Shown piece by piece: positions 40,430 through 51,775 of a stretch of 64,000 nucleotides of DNA. A program made the translations under genes and the position numbers. Each line of letters starts with the position of its first letter. Positions within the stretch are counted from its first letter, which is position 1. The notes below the pieces were generated by a model, which searched no databases, was not told where the DNA came from, and saw only the letters and a program-made list of their open reading frames with translations. This DNA comes from Chitinophagales bacterium. Its GTDB lineage: Bacteria > Bacteroidota > Bacteroidia > Chitinophagales > JADIYW01. The stretch covers positions 134,327-198,326 of the forward strand of contig JAXLUA010000003.1 of NCBI GenBank assembly GCA_046329805.1, read 5' to 3'.

Positions 40430-42499
40430 ATGCATCAATCTATATTTAATGTTTCATTCGATGAATTAGTAGCTAAGGATACTCAAAAGGCAACGCCTCC
40501 TGTTTTCTTACCTACACAAAATTTTGTAGCAGGCATAGTACCGTATTTGCGAGGGCCATATTCCTCCATGTATGTCAACCAGCCTTGGACAATACGGCAA
40601 TATGCGGGATTTTCTACGGCAGAAGCTTCGAATGCTTTTTATAAAAGAAATTTAGCCCAAGGACAAAAAGGACTATCCGTTGCTTTCGATTTGGCTACCC
40701 ACCGAGGCTATGACAGCGACCACGAGCGAGTAGTAGGCGACGTAGGAAAAGCAGGTGTGGCAATTGACAGTGTTGAAGACATGAAGATTTTATTCCATGA
40801 AATACCTTTGGATAAAATTTCTGTTTCCATGACTATGAATGGCGCAGTATTACCCATATTAGCATTTTATATAGTAGCAGCAGAAGAGCAAGGCGTAGAA
40901 CAAAAACTCCTAAGCGGCACCATACAAAACGACATTCTGAAAGAATTTATGGTGCGCAATACCTACATCTATCCTCCACAAAGTTCCATGAAAATTATTT
41001 CGGATATTTTTGAATACACGAGTAAAAACATGCCGAAATTCAATTCCATTTCCATCAGTGGGTACCACATGCAGGAAGCCGGTGCTACTCCAGAAATTGA
41101 ATTAGCCTATACCTTAGCCGATGGATTAGAATATATACGAACCGGTATCGCTGCAGGATTAAATATAGATGATTTTGCACCTCGTTTATCGTTTTTTTGG
41201 GCTATTGGCATGCAGCATTTTAAAGAAATAGCCAAAATGAGAGCCGCCAGATTATTATGGGCAAAAATTGTGGCGCAGTTCAACCCCAAATCAGATAAAA
41301 GCTTAGCACTGCGTACGCATTGCCAAACTTCCGGTTGGAGCTTAACAGAGCAAGACCCATTCAATAACGTTACCCGAACCTGCATCGAAGCAATGGCGGC
41401 CGCATTGGGTGGCACACAATCTTTGCATACCAATGCTTTAGATGAAGCAATAGCATTGCCTACTGATTTCTCCGCAAAAATTGCGCGCGATACTCAACTC
41501 TATTTACAGAAAGAAACGAATATCTGCAAAACTGTTGACCCATGGGGTGGTGCAGAATATGTAGAGAAATTAACCAACGAAATAGCGCAGAAAGCTTGGG
41601 CATTAATAGAAGAAGTAGAAAGCTATGGCGGTATGACTAAAGCTATTGAAGCAGGCATTCCAAAGATGAGAATAGAAGAAGCCGCCGCTCAAAAGCAAGC
41701 TAAAATTGACAGCGGCCAAGATGCCATTATTGGGGTAAATTTATTCCAAACCAATGAAGAACAAACTATAGATATTTTAGATATTGACAATGCAGAAGTA
41801 CGCGAAAAACAAATAGCTCGATTAAAAGAAATTAAAAATACCAGGAATAATACTTCGGTAAATGACATCTTAGAACAACTAAAAATTGCGGCAAAAGAAG
41901 GAAATAAAAATCTTTTAGCAGTATGCATAGAAGCCGCAAGAAGACGAGCTACATTAGGTGAAATATCAACGGCTTTAGAAGCTGTTTTTGGCAGGTACAA
42001 AGCTACCATTCACAGTATTGCAGGAGTGTATTCTTCAGAAATAAAAATGAATAAAGATTTTCAAACAGCAAAATTATTAGCAGATGAATTTGCGGAAAAG
42101 GAGGGCAGACGCCCGCGTATTTTAGTAGCAAAGATTGGGCAAGATGGACACGACCGAGGCGCAAAAGTAATTGCTACTGCATTTGCCGATATCGGATTCG
42201 ATGTGGACATAGGACCGCTTTTTCAAACCCCTAAAGAAGCGGCTATGCAGGCTGCCGAAAACGATGTGCACCTCATCGGTGTATCTTCTTTGGCAGCCGG
42301 GCACAAAACACTTATCCCACAATTAATAGAAGAGTTAAAGAAAATAAAACGCGAAGATATTTTGGTTGTCTGTGGCGGCGTAATTCCGAAACAAGATTAT
42401 GATTTCTTGTATAAATCGGGGGTAACAGGCGTATTTGGACCGGGAACTGTAATTGCAAAAGCAGCAATTGATATTCTAAACAAATTAAATACGGTTTAA
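40430..42499 (+). CDS. Methylmalonyl-CoA mutase, large subunit with C-terminal B12-binding domain
   Basis: ..[61 protein letters not shown].. and B12 motif ..[11 protein letters not shown]... 689 aa. Confidence 0.95.
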   Translation: MHQSIFNVSFDELVAKDTQKATPPVFLPTQNFVAGIVPYLRGPYSSMYVNQPWTIRQYAGFSTAEASNAFYKRNLAQGQKGLSVAFDLATHRGYDSDHERVVGDVGKAGVAIDSVEDMKILFHEIPLDKISVSMTMNGAVLPILAFYIVAAEEQGVEQKLLSGTIQNDILKEFMVRNTYIYPPQSSMKIISDIFEYTSKNMPKFNSISISGYHMQEAGATPEIELAYTLADGLEYIRTGIAAGLNIDDFAPRLSFFWAIGMQHFKEIAKMRAARLLWAKIVAQFNPKSDKSLALRTHCQTSGWSLTEQDPFNNVTRTCIEAMAAALGGTQSLHTNALDEAIALPTDFSAKIARDTQLYLQKETNICKTVDPWGGAEYVEKLTNEIAQKAWALIEEVESYGGMTKAIEAGIPKMRIEEAAAQKQAKIDSGQDAIIGVNLFQTNEEQTIDILDIDNAEVREKQIARLKEIKNTRNNTSVNDILEQLKIAAKEGNKNLLAVCIEAARRRATLGEISTALEAVFGRYKATIHSIAGVYSSEIKMNKDFQTAKLLADEFAEKEGRRPRILVAKIGQDGHDRGAKVIATAFADIGFDVDIGPLFQTPKEAAMQAAENDVHLIGVSSLAAGHKTLIPQLIEELKKIKREDILVVCGGVIPKQDYDFLYKSGVTGVFGPGTVIAKAAIDILNKLNTV

Positions 42500-42773
42500 C
42501 ATGGCTATCTTTTCAGAAAAATTACTTACCCTTATCAGTATAGAAATAGAGAAAATGCTGGAAGAAAAAAAACGAAGGAGAAGTAGCGTTTTTTCCCGGT
42601 TCTATATTTAAAATCGCCATTGACAGAAAATTAAAATAGACCGTTATACAAATTCCGGTAAAAGAGTTTTTACCGGAGGAAGAAGAACGAAAAATAATTT
42701 ATATCGGCAAGGATGGCTAAGTTTTCGGAAAACTTACAATTTTTCGCTATTTTGCAACGTTATTCAAGAGTAA

Positions 42774-43445
42774 ATGAAAAAACTAACTGCTTACCTGACC
42801 ATAGTTCTATTTTTCGGAGCAGGTGTTGTTTCTGTACAAGCACAAGCTGATAAATACAAAGACATTATAAAACCCGAAGGAATAAAAAACAGCAAATATT
42901 TGGTGTCTGTTTCGGGCATTGCAGATATGGACTTATTTAAACCTATGAATGCAAACTTTGGAATGGCTTTTAGTGGTAGCATCCGAATTCTATACAAACC
43001 CAAATTAAACAAAGGAAAAAGTGTGTATAGCCCACGGGTAATAGAGCGCGAAATTTTTATAAAACCTACTTTTGGATATATTTACAGAAAAAGATACAAC
43101 ACCGCTTTATTTTTCATTCCGGAACTTGCTTACCGACACACTTTTTATAGCGGGATGTTTGTAGAATTAAATTTCGATGCCGGATATATGTACACTAAAT
43201 ACAATGCGCCGGTATATGAAAGACAAAGCGACAGCACTTTTAAAAAAATAGCTTACGGAAACCACAATTTGATGTTAGGCGGAAAAATTATTGCAGGATA
43301 TGATTTCTCAAAAAAGCTAGAAGTGCCATTAGCCATTAATTTCGGCACCGGTTTATTTTATAGGTACCCCAATAACCAGCAGTGGATAAAGCACGTATAT
43401 GCTGAATTTGGATTATCTTATGTGTTTAGAAAAATAAAAGATTAA
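42774..43445 (+). CDS. Hypothetical outer-membrane (beta-barrel-like) protein
   Basis: Signal peptide ..VSVQAQ, alternating aromatic/aliphatic strands, ..FGLSYVF near the C-terminus. 223 aa. Confidence 0.55.
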   Translation: MKKLTAYLTIVLFFGAGVVSVQAQADKYKDIIKPEGIKNSKYLVSVSGIADMDLFKPMNANFGMAFSGSIRILYKPKLNKGKSVYSPRVIEREIFIKPTFGYIYRKRYNTALFFIPELAYRHTFYSGMFVELNFDAGYMYTKYNAPVYERQSDSTFKKIAYGNHNLMLGGKIIAGYDFSKKLEVPLAINFGTGLFYRYPNNQQWIKHVYAEFGLSYVFRKIKD

Positions 43446-43446
43446 C

Positions 43447-44502
43447 ATGCGATTTAATGCTTCAATAATTTCTGTTTTATTTGTTGCTATAGCAATATTT
43501 ACAGCCTGTTCAAAAGACCCCAAGCCGAGTAAAGACCAATTGGACAATTATTATTTTGTAAAAGTAAAAGATGTAGCCATGCCGGTTAGAGTTTGCGGTA
43601 ATATCCACTCAGATATTGCTGTAATATATATTCATGGAGGGCCCGGCGGAACTGCACAAGGAGAGCGTGCCAATGTATATTGGAGTGAAATAGAAAAATA
43701 TTACAAAGTAATTTATTACGACCAACGTGGCTCAGGAGCTACACAAGGAAATACCAAGCCAAGCGAAATGACTATTGAGCAATTTAGTGAAGACTTAGAT
43801 AATATTGTTGATTTTACTAAGCAAGTAGCAAAGGCAAGTAAAATATATATTCACGGCGCAAGTTGGGGTGGCGGATTAGCTGCTTATTATTTATTAGATA
43901 CTTCACATCAAAATAAATTGCATGGGGCAATTATCGAAAGCCCTGCTTATGACATTAAAAACGGTGCACTTCTTTCTATCCAATGGTTGTTACATAAAGC
44001 AGATTCAATGATTGCTTTGGGTAAGGATATTAATTATTGGAATAATTGTAAAGCATTTTATGCTGCTAATCCACAATTAAACTATCAAGATTTTAAGCAA
44101 CATCAATCTTATTTAATACAAGTTGGAGGTATAGTAAATAATGCGACCAACTTGCAAGTACGAGGCATAAGCGTACCGAAAGCGGAAATAGATGTTGCAT
44201 TTAAAAATGCGGTATTCGCTCCATCTACCTTAACTTACCAAGGGCAATCTATATTTACACATCTGGATTTAACTTCACAATTAAACAAGATAAAACTTCC
44301 GGTTATGCTGGTATGGGGAGCAAAAGACGGATTACTGCCTAAAGATAATTTAGCGCAAAAATTTGCGGCTAACATTGGTACTCCTCCATCGAAATTCAAA
44401 TACGACCCTAATAAATATTTATTATCCGCACACTTGCCGCACTTCGAGGAATGGCAAGCATTTGACGTGGATGCTAAAACATTTATTGAAGCAAATAAAT
44501 AA
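43447..44502 (+). CDS. Alpha/beta-hydrolase lipoprotein (proline iminopeptidase-like)
   Basis: Lipobox IFTAC; oxyanion ..IHGGPGG..; nucleophile elbow ..HGASWGG... Starts 1 nt after the preceding stop. Confidence 0.8.
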   Translation: MRFNASIISVLFVAIAIFTACSKDPKPSKDQLDNYYFVKVKDVAMPVRVCGNIHSDIAVIYIHGGPGGTAQGERANVYWSEIEKYYKVIYYDQRGSGATQGNTKPSEMTIEQFSEDLDNIVDFTKQVAKASKIYIHGASWGGGLAAYYLLDTSHQNKLHGAIIESPAYDIKNGALLSIQWLLHKADSMIALGKDINYWNNCKAFYAANPQLNYQDFKQHQSYLIQVGGIVNNATNLQVRGISVPKAEIDVAFKNAVFAPSTLTYQGQSIFTHLDLTSQLNKIKLPVMLVWGAKDGLLPKDNLAQKFAANIGTPPSKFKYDPNKYLLSAHLPHFEEWQAFDVDAKTFIEANK

Positions 44503-44510
44503 TTTAGCGG

Positions 44511-46148
44511 CTACAATTTCACTAATTTACTACTTATTATTTCTTGATTTTGCTTAATGGAGATTACATATTCTCCTTTGGGTAAGTCGTTAAGAGTATT
44601 GAGGTCAATTTTATTATTTCCAACCATACTTTTTCCATTCCAAATAGTTTCTACGACTAACTGACCTATTAAATTTTGTATCGTAATGGACGTGGGATGG
44701 CTTTCTTTTGCGTTAAACTCAATTGTAATTGAGCTGGAGAAAGGATTAGGATAAACTTTTAAATTATTAACCACTGCCTCCTGATTTTTCACCCCTGAAA
44801 TTATGGAAGTAGAGTCTTCTTTTAAGATACGGAATTTATCGAACAATTCTCCGTTAGCTTTATAATATGATGCCGTAAGCTGGCTACCATTTACCTCCAA
44901 AATCATGCTACCGACGCCGCCATCTGCTGCATATTTTTTATACATCACGGGATGCATTTTCCCATTTTCTGCTTCTGATTTTCCGCTATTGCCCACCACT
45001 GCATACACGGTGCCTTTGTCTTTATTTGCGCCGTAAGTGTATTTTATATACGTGCGATTGCTATCCGGATTGCCGGAAGAACTATCCACAAGCATTGTAT
45101 TTCTATTAAAAGTGGATGAATTACCATAATGATTATGAATTAAATAAGAACGCTCATACACATGGCTATGCCCGCAAAGCACCACATCTACGCCGTATTG
45201 CTCCAAAATAGGGATTACTTTTTCGCGCATGCCTGCCATTAAAATTTCCCAAAAATCATCCGAATCATGAGAGCCTTTAGAGTAAGGCGGTTGATGCCAA
45301 TACGCAACTTTAAATTTTTTATTAGACGCTTTAAGGTCACTGATTAGCCAATTTTTAAAGGTAGTCCCAAAGGCATCCCAGAAAATAAATACTCTATAAA
45401 GCTCTGAATTTAATGCTAAGAAATGCGTATTGCCATAATCGTAAGAATAATAGGCTTCCATCGTAGAAGGCACACCGCCCATTTCTGCATTTTTAAACAC
45501 CTCCACAATGTCATAATAAGGGCCACCATGGTATCGAGGATCGTCAGTACCATTTACACTGATATAATCATGATTGCCGGGTATAGGATAAAAAGGTAAG
45601 AACCGAAAAATAGAATCGTAGCCATAATCACTGCTAAATACCTTTCTGCTGTATTCATCGTCCGTACCATTAGTATAGGCATTATCCCCCAACCAGAGCC
45701 AGCCCGTAACGGGCTGTAGTTTTATATAATCTTCAAACCATCGGCGTACTCTAATTTGATCGTTGCTGCCTCCCCCAAAATCTCCGGTGACCCAAAAACG
45801 AAACGGTGTACTATCGCCGGGCGTGAGCGCTGTAACAAAATGATGTTGGTCATTTCCGCCGGCTAGCGTAGTGCTTCCAAAGCCTACACTATAATAATAT
45901 TTTGTTTTGGCATTTAATCCGGAAATTTTTACAATATGGTTTTTGGTAAATACCGTATCAACAATGGTATGGCTTAATGCATTTGGTGCATCTCCGTATT
46001 TTACGACACCAAAAGTAGAGTCGCTGGTGCGCCACATCACTTTTACGCTGGTATTGGTCATACTTTGCAAATACGGTCCTCTTTGCAGCGTTTGTGAAAA
46101 CAAGAAGAGCGGAGATAGCAAGAACAGAAAAGAATAAATCTTTCTCAT
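44511..46148 (-). CDS. Purple-acid-phosphatase-like metallophosphoesterase with T9SS C-terminal sorting domain
   Basis: ..GDNAY.., ..PGNHDY.., ..CGHSHVYER.. metallophosphoesterase motifs. CTD ..VYPNPFSSSITIEF...GEYVISIKQ...KLVKL. Confidence 0.88.
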   Translation of the reverse strand: MRKIYSFLFLLSPLFLFSQTLQRGPYLQSMTNTSVKVMWRTSDSTFGVVKYGDAPNALSHTIVDTVFTKNHIVKISGLNAKTKYYYSVGFGSTTLAGGNDQHHFVTALTPGDSTPFRFWVTGDFGGGSNDQIRVRRWFEDYIKLQPVTGWLWLGDNAYTNGTDDEYSRKVFSSDYGYDSIFRFLPFYPIPGNHDYISVNGTDDPRYHGGPYYDIVEVFKNAEMGGVPSTMEAYYSYDYGNTHFLALNSELYRVFIFWDAFGTTFKNWLISDLKASNKKFKVAYWHQPPYSKGSHDSDDFWEILMAGMREKVIPILEQYGVDVVLCGHSHVYERSYLIHNHYGNSSTFNRNTMLVDSSSGNPDSNRTYIKYTYGANKDKGTVYAVVGNSGKSEAENGKMHPVMYKKYAADGGVGSMILEVNGSQLTASYYKANGELFDKFRILKEDSTSIISGVKNQEAVVNNLKVYPNPFSSSITIEFNAKESHPTSITIQNLIGQLVVETIWNGKSMVGNNKIDLNTLNDLPKGEYVISIKQNQEIISSKLVKL

Positions 46149-46386
46149 AAAATTGGTTTGTATAAATTTACAAAAAAGCTATTAATTTACTCATGGAATT
46201 TAGGTGAATTATATATGGGAATAGCCAAAAAAAAGAGGAGGTTATGGGAAATCATACTATTTTAAGGAAATGATTTTGAAGTGTATTGCTGTATTTCTAA
46301 ATAAAAAATATAACCCGTTGAAAGCGTAACTTTTTATTATTAATTTGGAGATTAAATTATTTTCCAATACAATTAATCGTATTCAG

Positions 46387-46692
46387 ATGAAAACTACTGC
46401 ATTAATTATAAACATAGCATGGATTTTATTTTTTTTTCCAATATGTGCAATGGCGCTAATGTCGCCAATGCTTTTTGATGCACCGGGTGCAGCAAACAAC
46501 AAACTTTTAAAATTCATTTTCTATTGTATCATTGCATTACCGATACTTATACTAATTACTCAAGTTTTATCTTGGAATAAATATTCAAATGGCAACTACC
46601 TTTTATCTTTAAGGATATCACTAATTCCTTTAATTGACGTAATATTATTAGCTATTTTATTTTACATCAACGGGCCGGAACTTTCGAAATAA
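46387..46692 (+). CDS. Small membrane protein (101 aa)
   Basis: Three predicted TM helices. ATG at 46387 (MKTTALIINIAWILFFF) is preferred over TTG at 46345. Confidence 0.5.
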   Translation: MKTTALIINIAWILFFFPICAMALMSPMLFDAPGAANNKLLKFIFYCIIALPILILITQVLSWNKYSNGNYLLSLRISLIPLIDVILLAILFYINGPELSK

Positions 46693-46744
46693 AAATTATC
46701 ACATCAAGAGGAGTATTGGAATTAATTTTCTAAAATACCTTACA

Positions 46745-47200
46745 TTATTGTTGGTCTATAATAATGCCAACATCCGAAATCCCATCTAATGGGTCTTTGC
46801 GCATGAGCTGTACTATACTAATGGTATAATTTCCTTTTTGTGCAATAGGCAAATTTGTTTTTAACGGCACCGTTTGTGTACATAAGCTTCCACTGCATTT
46901 GCCGTATGGTTTCCCATCCTTCATAAATAATGGGATTTCATATCTAAACGAAGTATCCAATGTATTTCCTTTTACAGTTACTTTGAGCCATACGTTGCTA
47001 AATTCATAATCTTTAGCATACCGAACACTCAAGGCGTATTTATACGCATGCGCTGCGTTCTCTATCGCTATTGGGAAAGTAGCAGTATCCGAAGATTTCC
47101 ACGCTTTAATATTAACGGATTGATATTTATTGTAAAAATGCTTTTTTTCGCACGCATACAAAAGGACTGCAGTTAATAAAATAAAAACAATTTGTTTCAT
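46745..47200 (-). CDS. gldH: Gliding motility lipoprotein GldH
   Basis: 151-aa lipoprotein (LLYAC). ..YEFSNVWLKV.., ..GKCSGSLC.., ..MRKDPLDGISDVGIII.. match my recollection of GldH. Confidence 0.75.
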   Translation of the reverse strand: MKQIVFILLTAVLLYACEKKHFYNKYQSVNIKAWKSSDTATFPIAIENAAHAYKYALSVRYAKDYEFSNVWLKVTVKGNTLDTSFRYEIPLFMKDGKPYGKCSGSLCTQTVPLKTNLPIAQKGNYTISIVQLMRKDPLDGISDVGIIIDQQ

Positions 47201-47221
47201 AGCACAAAAGTACGATAAAAA

Positions 47222-49378
47222 TTATTCAATCATTCTTAAAAAATCGGCTTCATCAATCACTTGAATGGTTGGGATTTTCTGGGCTTTCGCCAATTTACTT
47301 CCCGCTTTTTCGCCGGCAATTAGAAAATCTAAATTTGCACTTACGGCGCTTAAATTTTTTCCGCCATTTTTTTCCACTAATACTTTAGCTTCTTCTCGGG
47401 AAAAATGGGTAAGTGTGCCTGTAAATAAGAATGACTTACCTTGCAATTTATTTGATGTCGGTGCTTCTTCCGTTTTATAGATATTCACCCCCAAAGTACT
47501 AAGCTCTTCTATCAATTTTATAGAATCCTCATCTGTAAAAAACTGAAATAAAGACTGTGCTACTTTTGGTCCTACATCTTCTAATTCAGAATATTGTTCT
47601 TGAGTCCACGATTGGAAATCGGTTAGTTTATTTACTTTCTTTGCCAACATTTTTGCGGTAGTGCTGCCTATATGCCGAATCCCTAACCCGACTATTAATC
47701 GGTAGAGTTCATTATTTTTAGAGGCTTCAATTCCACTTGCTAAATTTTGCACCGATTTATCTTTCCATCCTTCAAGTTGTCGTACTTTGTCATAATCTAT
47801 TTGGTATATAGACGCAAGATCATGAATAATTTTTTCCCGTAAAAAGGTGCGTACATTTTCTTCACCAAAGCCGTTAATATCCATTGCTTGCTTAGACACA
47901 AAATGAATTAAACGCTCTTCCAATTGCGCCGGGCAATTAGGGTTAATACACCTCCAAACGCTTTCATCCAATGGCTTTACCAAATGATGATGACACGATG
48001 GGCATTCATTCGGGAAATGGATTTTTTGCTCTTGTCCATTTCGCTTTTCTTTCACACTACCCACAATATAAGGAATTACGTCACCGGCACGCTCTACAAT
48101 TACGGTGTCGTGTAAGCGAATATCTTTATCTACAATAAAATCTTCATTGTGTAAGGAAATAGACGAAATTTCTACGCCCATTAATTGTACGGGATTTATT
48201 TTTGCTACCGGCGTAATTGCGCCGGTTCTTCCCACTTGGAAATCAACTTGTAGTAAAGTGGAAGTAGCTTGTTTGGCTTTAAATTTAAAAGCAACTGCCC
48301 ATTTTGGGTGATGTGAAGTTTTACCCAATGCTTGCTGCTGTTGCAAATTATTCACTTTTATCACCATACCATCGATATCAAAATGGTAACTATCGCGTTT
48401 GATTTCCCATTTTTTACAAAAGGCTTCTACAGCTGTTATTTCCGAAAAAATACCTCTATCGTGGTATGGAGTTTTAAAGCCTAAAAGTGTTAGAATTTCT
48501 AAATTTTTATCGTGCGATTTAAATATATCTGTGCAATCTTTCCCGTGCTCATCTTCCGCATATCCTATTTGATAAATTACAGCATCTAATTTCCGGGAAG
48601 CTACTTCTGCGCTATCTTTTAAGCGCAAGCTGCCGGCAGCAGTATTACGAGCGTTTTTGTATAATTCTAATTCTTTTTTATTTTCTGCACGCAGTATTTC
48701 ATTTTGTTTTTTGCGAACTTCATTTAATTTTTCCAACATTATTAGTTCCAATAAAACTTCTCCTCTTACTTCTACTTTACTTATACCAAATTGTGAAAAA
48801 TTAGCCGTCAGCGGGATGGATTTTATTGCTTTGGCATTTGCTGTAATCTCATCACCTTCTTGTCCATTGCCACGTGTTGCAGCGCGAACAAGTTTATCGT
48901 TTTCATAAATAAGCGCAATGCTGCTTCCGTCAAATTTTGGTTCAACAATATATTCAATTTTTGTATTGACCGGCAGCCCCTTTTTTATTTGCATGTCAAA
49001 ATTTTCCAAATCTTCAAGATTATAAGAATTTTCCAACGACATCATCGGCACTAAATGCTTTACGGTCGTAAAATCTTGATTCAATCCTTTAGCTACACGT
49101 TGCGTTGGAGAGTCTGCCGTAATAAGATTGGGGTTTTCTTCTTCTATTTCTTTTAATTTTTTAAATAATCTGTCGTAATCATAATCTGTAATTATGGAAT
49201 TGGCATTTACATAATATTGTTTGTCGTGAAAGTTGATTACTTTTTTCAACTCTTCACAAAAGTTTTCCAATTTATTTTCCGGAATAAAATCATCCAGTTG
49301 TAACAACAGCGTATCAGTAAGTGCGAGGAGCGCTTTATCGGAATGCTCTTCTATATCAGAGAATAAATTTTTATTCAT
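47222..49378 (-). CDS. ligA: NAD-dependent DNA ligase
   Basis: Adenylation lysine ..EPKFDGSS.., Zn finger CPSCHHHL...CINPNCPAQ, HhH repeats, C-terminal BRCT. 718 aa. Confidence 0.96.
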   Translation of the reverse strand: MNKNLFSDIEEHSDKALLALTDTLLLQLDDFIPENKLENFCEELKKVINFHDKQYYVNANSIITDYDYDRLFKKLKEIEEENPNLITADSPTQRVAKGLNQDFTTVKHLVPMMSLENSYNLEDLENFDMQIKKGLPVNTKIEYIVEPKFDGSSIALIYENDKLVRAATRGNGQEGDEITANAKAIKSIPLTANFSQFGISKVEVRGEVLLELIMLEKLNEVRKKQNEILRAENKKELELYKNARNTAAGSLRLKDSAEVASRKLDAVIYQIGYAEDEHGKDCTDIFKSHDKNLEILTLLGFKTPYHDRGIFSEITAVEAFCKKWEIKRDSYHFDIDGMVIKVNNLQQQQALGKTSHHPKWAVAFKFKAKQATSTLLQVDFQVGRTGAITPVAKINPVQLMGVEISSISLHNEDFIVDKDIRLHDTVIVERAGDVIPYIVGSVKEKRNGQEQKIHFPNECPSCHHHLVKPLDESVWRCINPNCPAQLEERLIHFVSKQAMDINGFGEENVRTFLREKIIHDLASIYQIDYDKVRQLEGWKDKSVQNLASGIEASKNNELYRLIVGLGIRHIGSTTAKMLAKKVNKLTDFQSWTQEQYSELEDVGPKVAQSLFQFFTDEDSIKLIEELSTLGVNIYKTEEAPTSNKLQGKSFLFTGTLTHFSREEAKVLVEKNGGKNLSAVSANLDFLIAGEKAGSKLAKAQKIPTIQVIDEADFLRMIE

Positions 49379-49607
49379 AAAATTTATCTATTGCTTTAGC
49401 TAAGGAATAATCTTTTTCGGTAACTATATTTCCGGCATCATGTGTTTGCAGTTTCAATGTTACTTTATTATACACATTAAATATTTCGGGATGATGCTGT
49501 TGTTTTTCTGCTTCAAAGGCAACTTGTGTAAGAAAGGCAAATGCATGTACAAAATCTTTAAAGACAAATGTCTTTTCCAATTTATTATCTTTTGATATCC
49601 ATTCCAT
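49371..49607 (-). CDS. 4a-hydroxytetrahydrobiopterin dehydratase (PCD/DCoH)
   Basis: 78 aa. ..FKDFVHAFAFLTQVAFEAEKQQHHPEI.. is the canonical PCD motif. Overlaps the ligA start by 8 nt. Confidence 0.9.
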   Translation of the reverse strand: MEWISKDNKLEKTFVFKDFVHAFAFLTQVAFEAEKQQHHPEIFNVYNKVTLKLQTHDAGNIVTEKDYSLAKAIDKFYE

Positions 49608-49647
49608 CCGTAATATTTTTTATCTTGGATAAAGTTAACAGATAAAT

Positions 49648-50571
49648 ATGAATTGGAAACTTCGATTTTTACTTTGGTTTGTAAATAATGTGCAACCAAT
49701 ACGTGAAGTAGCAATAGCAAATATAGAAGAAGAGCGAAAGAAAACCGCAATGGCTGCCGAATTAGGCAAATTGCTTTTTGACAACAAAACAGCAGTTCGG
49801 GAAATAAAAAATTTTAAGATAGAAGATATTCCGGTTCGGCTGTATCGAAATTCATTACAACCCAATCAGAAAGTAATTATATATTTCCATGGCGGTGGGT
49901 TTGTATTTTATAATATTGACTCTCATGATTATGTGGCACGGCGGTTGTGCGATATGAATGATGCTACTGTTATTTCTGTAGATTATCGGCTCGCACCGGA
50001 GCACTCGTTTCCGGCAGCGCATGAAGATGCTTACAGTGTAATAAAATATGTAGCAGCGCATGCCGATGCTTTAAATATCGATGCTTCCAAAATAATTTTA
50101 GCAGGAGACAGTGCCGGTGCAAATATTTCTGCTTGTGCTTCGCATCATTTTAAAAACCACCCGAAAGTGCATATTGCTGCGCAAGTGCTCATTTATCCTT
50201 GGGTAGATGGAAAGTTATCTTCTGATTCTATCCTAAGATATAAAGATGGATATTTGCTTACAGAAAAAGCGATGCATTGGTTTCAGGAAGTATATACTCC
50301 AAACAAAAAAGATCGTTTAAATCCGGAGGTATCCCCAATTTATCATAAAGAATTTAAAAATCTACCTCCAACTTTTATCATTACCGCCGAGTACGACCCA
50401 TTAAAAGATGATGGCAAAAGCTACGCTGACAAACTCAGAAATGCGAACAATATTGTTTTATATAAAGAGTATAAAGGGTTGATACATGGTTTTTTCAACC
50501 TACCCAAATTAGCTGCAAACAGTATGCAATCTTATTACGACATACAGGCATTTTTACGAAAAGTAGTATAA
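49648..50571 (+). CDS. Alpha/beta-hydrolase, hormone-sensitive-lipase-family esterase
   Basis: ..YFHGGGFV.. oxyanion motif and ..AGDSAGAN.. nucleophile elbow. 307 aa. Confidence 0.88.
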   Translation: MNWKLRFLLWFVNNVQPIREVAIANIEEERKKTAMAAELGKLLFDNKTAVREIKNFKIEDIPVRLYRNSLQPNQKVIIYFHGGGFVFYNIDSHDYVARRLCDMNDATVISVDYRLAPEHSFPAAHEDAYSVIKYVAAHADALNIDASKIILAGDSAGANISACASHHFKNHPKVHIAAQVLIYPWVDGKLSSDSILRYKDGYLLTEKAMHWFQEVYTPNKKDRLNPEVSPIYHKEFKNLPPTFIITAEYDPLKDDGKSYADKLRNANNIVLYKEYKGLIHGFFNLPKLAANSMQSYYDIQAFLRKVV

Positions 50572-50616
50572 AACCACGCTCAACGAAAAAATTTGTTTAT
50601 CTATCGGATTTGTGAA

Positions 50617-51666
50617 TTATTTCAAGCTCCAATCAAATTTATCTAGGTTTTCCAAAGCGTGTTTTAACAATAAAATACTTGCTTCTATATCTGCTTTATG
50701 TGCCATTTCTATCACTTGATGCAAATGTCGTGTAGGGATAGAAATAGCCCCTGCGATCGCTCCTGTTTTTCCCATACGCTGAATACCTGCAGTGTCTGTA
50801 CCTCCCATTGGTAATACCTCCGGCTGCCATTTTATTTTATATTTTTCCGCTATTTGTTTTTGATATTGCACCATGCGGTAATCACAAATAGTAGAAGCAT
50901 CCATTAATTTAATAGCAACACCTCCTCCTAATTTAGTAATTTGCTCCTCGGGTTTAGAATCCGGCAAATCATAAGCAATCGTCGTATCTAATCCAAATCC
51001 GAAAGTTGGATTAATGTTGTGTGCTGCCACATTTGCACCCCTTATGCCTACTTCTTCTTGCACAGAGAATACCCCATAAACATCATAAGGGCATTCTTTC
51101 AATGCTTTTAAGGCTTCTATTAAAATATAAACGGCAACTCTATTGTCAATAGATTTACAGTTCACACAGTCGCCCATTTCTATCAATTGTCGGTCGCGCG
51201 TTATCACATCTCCTATACTTATGTATTTCTCTACTTCTTCTTTTGGTAATCCTAAATCGATAAAAAAGTCTGAAATCTGAACGTTTTTATTTCGTTCCTC
51301 AGCCGTCATGATATGAATAGGCTTGCTACCCATTACGCCTATTAAATCTTTTTTTCCATGTACAATAACCCGTTGAGCAGTTAATGTTTTAGGGTCAAAC
51401 CCTCCTAAGGTATGAAAGCGCAAGAACCCTTTATCATCTATGTATTTCACCATAAAACCAATCTCATCCATGTGTGCTGCTATCATTACTCGTTTGCTGC
51501 TATCTTTTCCTTTTTTTATGGCATAAATATTTCCGATATTATCTGTTTCAATAGCATCTACCTCATTTTTTATGTTTTTCAACACGAGTTCTCTTACGCG
51601 TTGCTCATACCCGGGTGCTCCTGCTACTTCGCAGATTTCAGCTAATAATTTTACATTTGTTTTCAT
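50617..51666 (-). CDS. M42-family metallopeptidase (glutamyl aminopeptidase / FrvX-like)
   Basis: ..IAAHMDEIGFMV.., ..CKSIDNRV.., ..VQEEVGIRGA... 349 aa. Confidence 0.9.
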   Translation of the reverse strand: MKTNVKLLAEICEVAGAPGYEQRVRELVLKNIKNEVDAIETDNIGNIYAIKKGKDSSKRVMIAAHMDEIGFMVKYIDDKGFLRFHTLGGFDPKTLTAQRVIVHGKKDLIGVMGSKPIHIMTAEERNKNVQISDFFIDLGLPKEEVEKYISIGDVITRDRQLIEMGDCVNCKSIDNRVAVYILIEALKALKECPYDVYGVFSVQEEVGIRGANVAAHNINPTFGFGLDTTIAYDLPDSKPEEQITKLGGGVAIKLMDASTICDYRMVQYQKQIAEKYKIKWQPEVLPMGGTDTAGIQRMGKTGAIAGAISIPTRHLHQVIEMAHKADIEASILLLKHALENLDKFDWSLK

Positions 51667-51685
51667 TATCGAAAGTTCTTTTTTT

Positions 51686-51764
51686 AAAACAGATTAAGAC
51701 TATCTTTGTTTAATATAAATAATTGATTTATTACTTCACAAATCTAATAAAATTTGGGACGATA
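51686..51764. repeat. 79-bp direct repeat, copy 1 (leader/promoter region of the M42 peptidase gene)
   Basis: aaaacagattaagactatctttgtttaatataaataattgatttattaCttcacaaatcTaaTaaaatttgggacgata; 76/79 identical to 53022..53100. Confidence 0.95.
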
Positions 51765-51775
51765 TTTTTTTAAAT

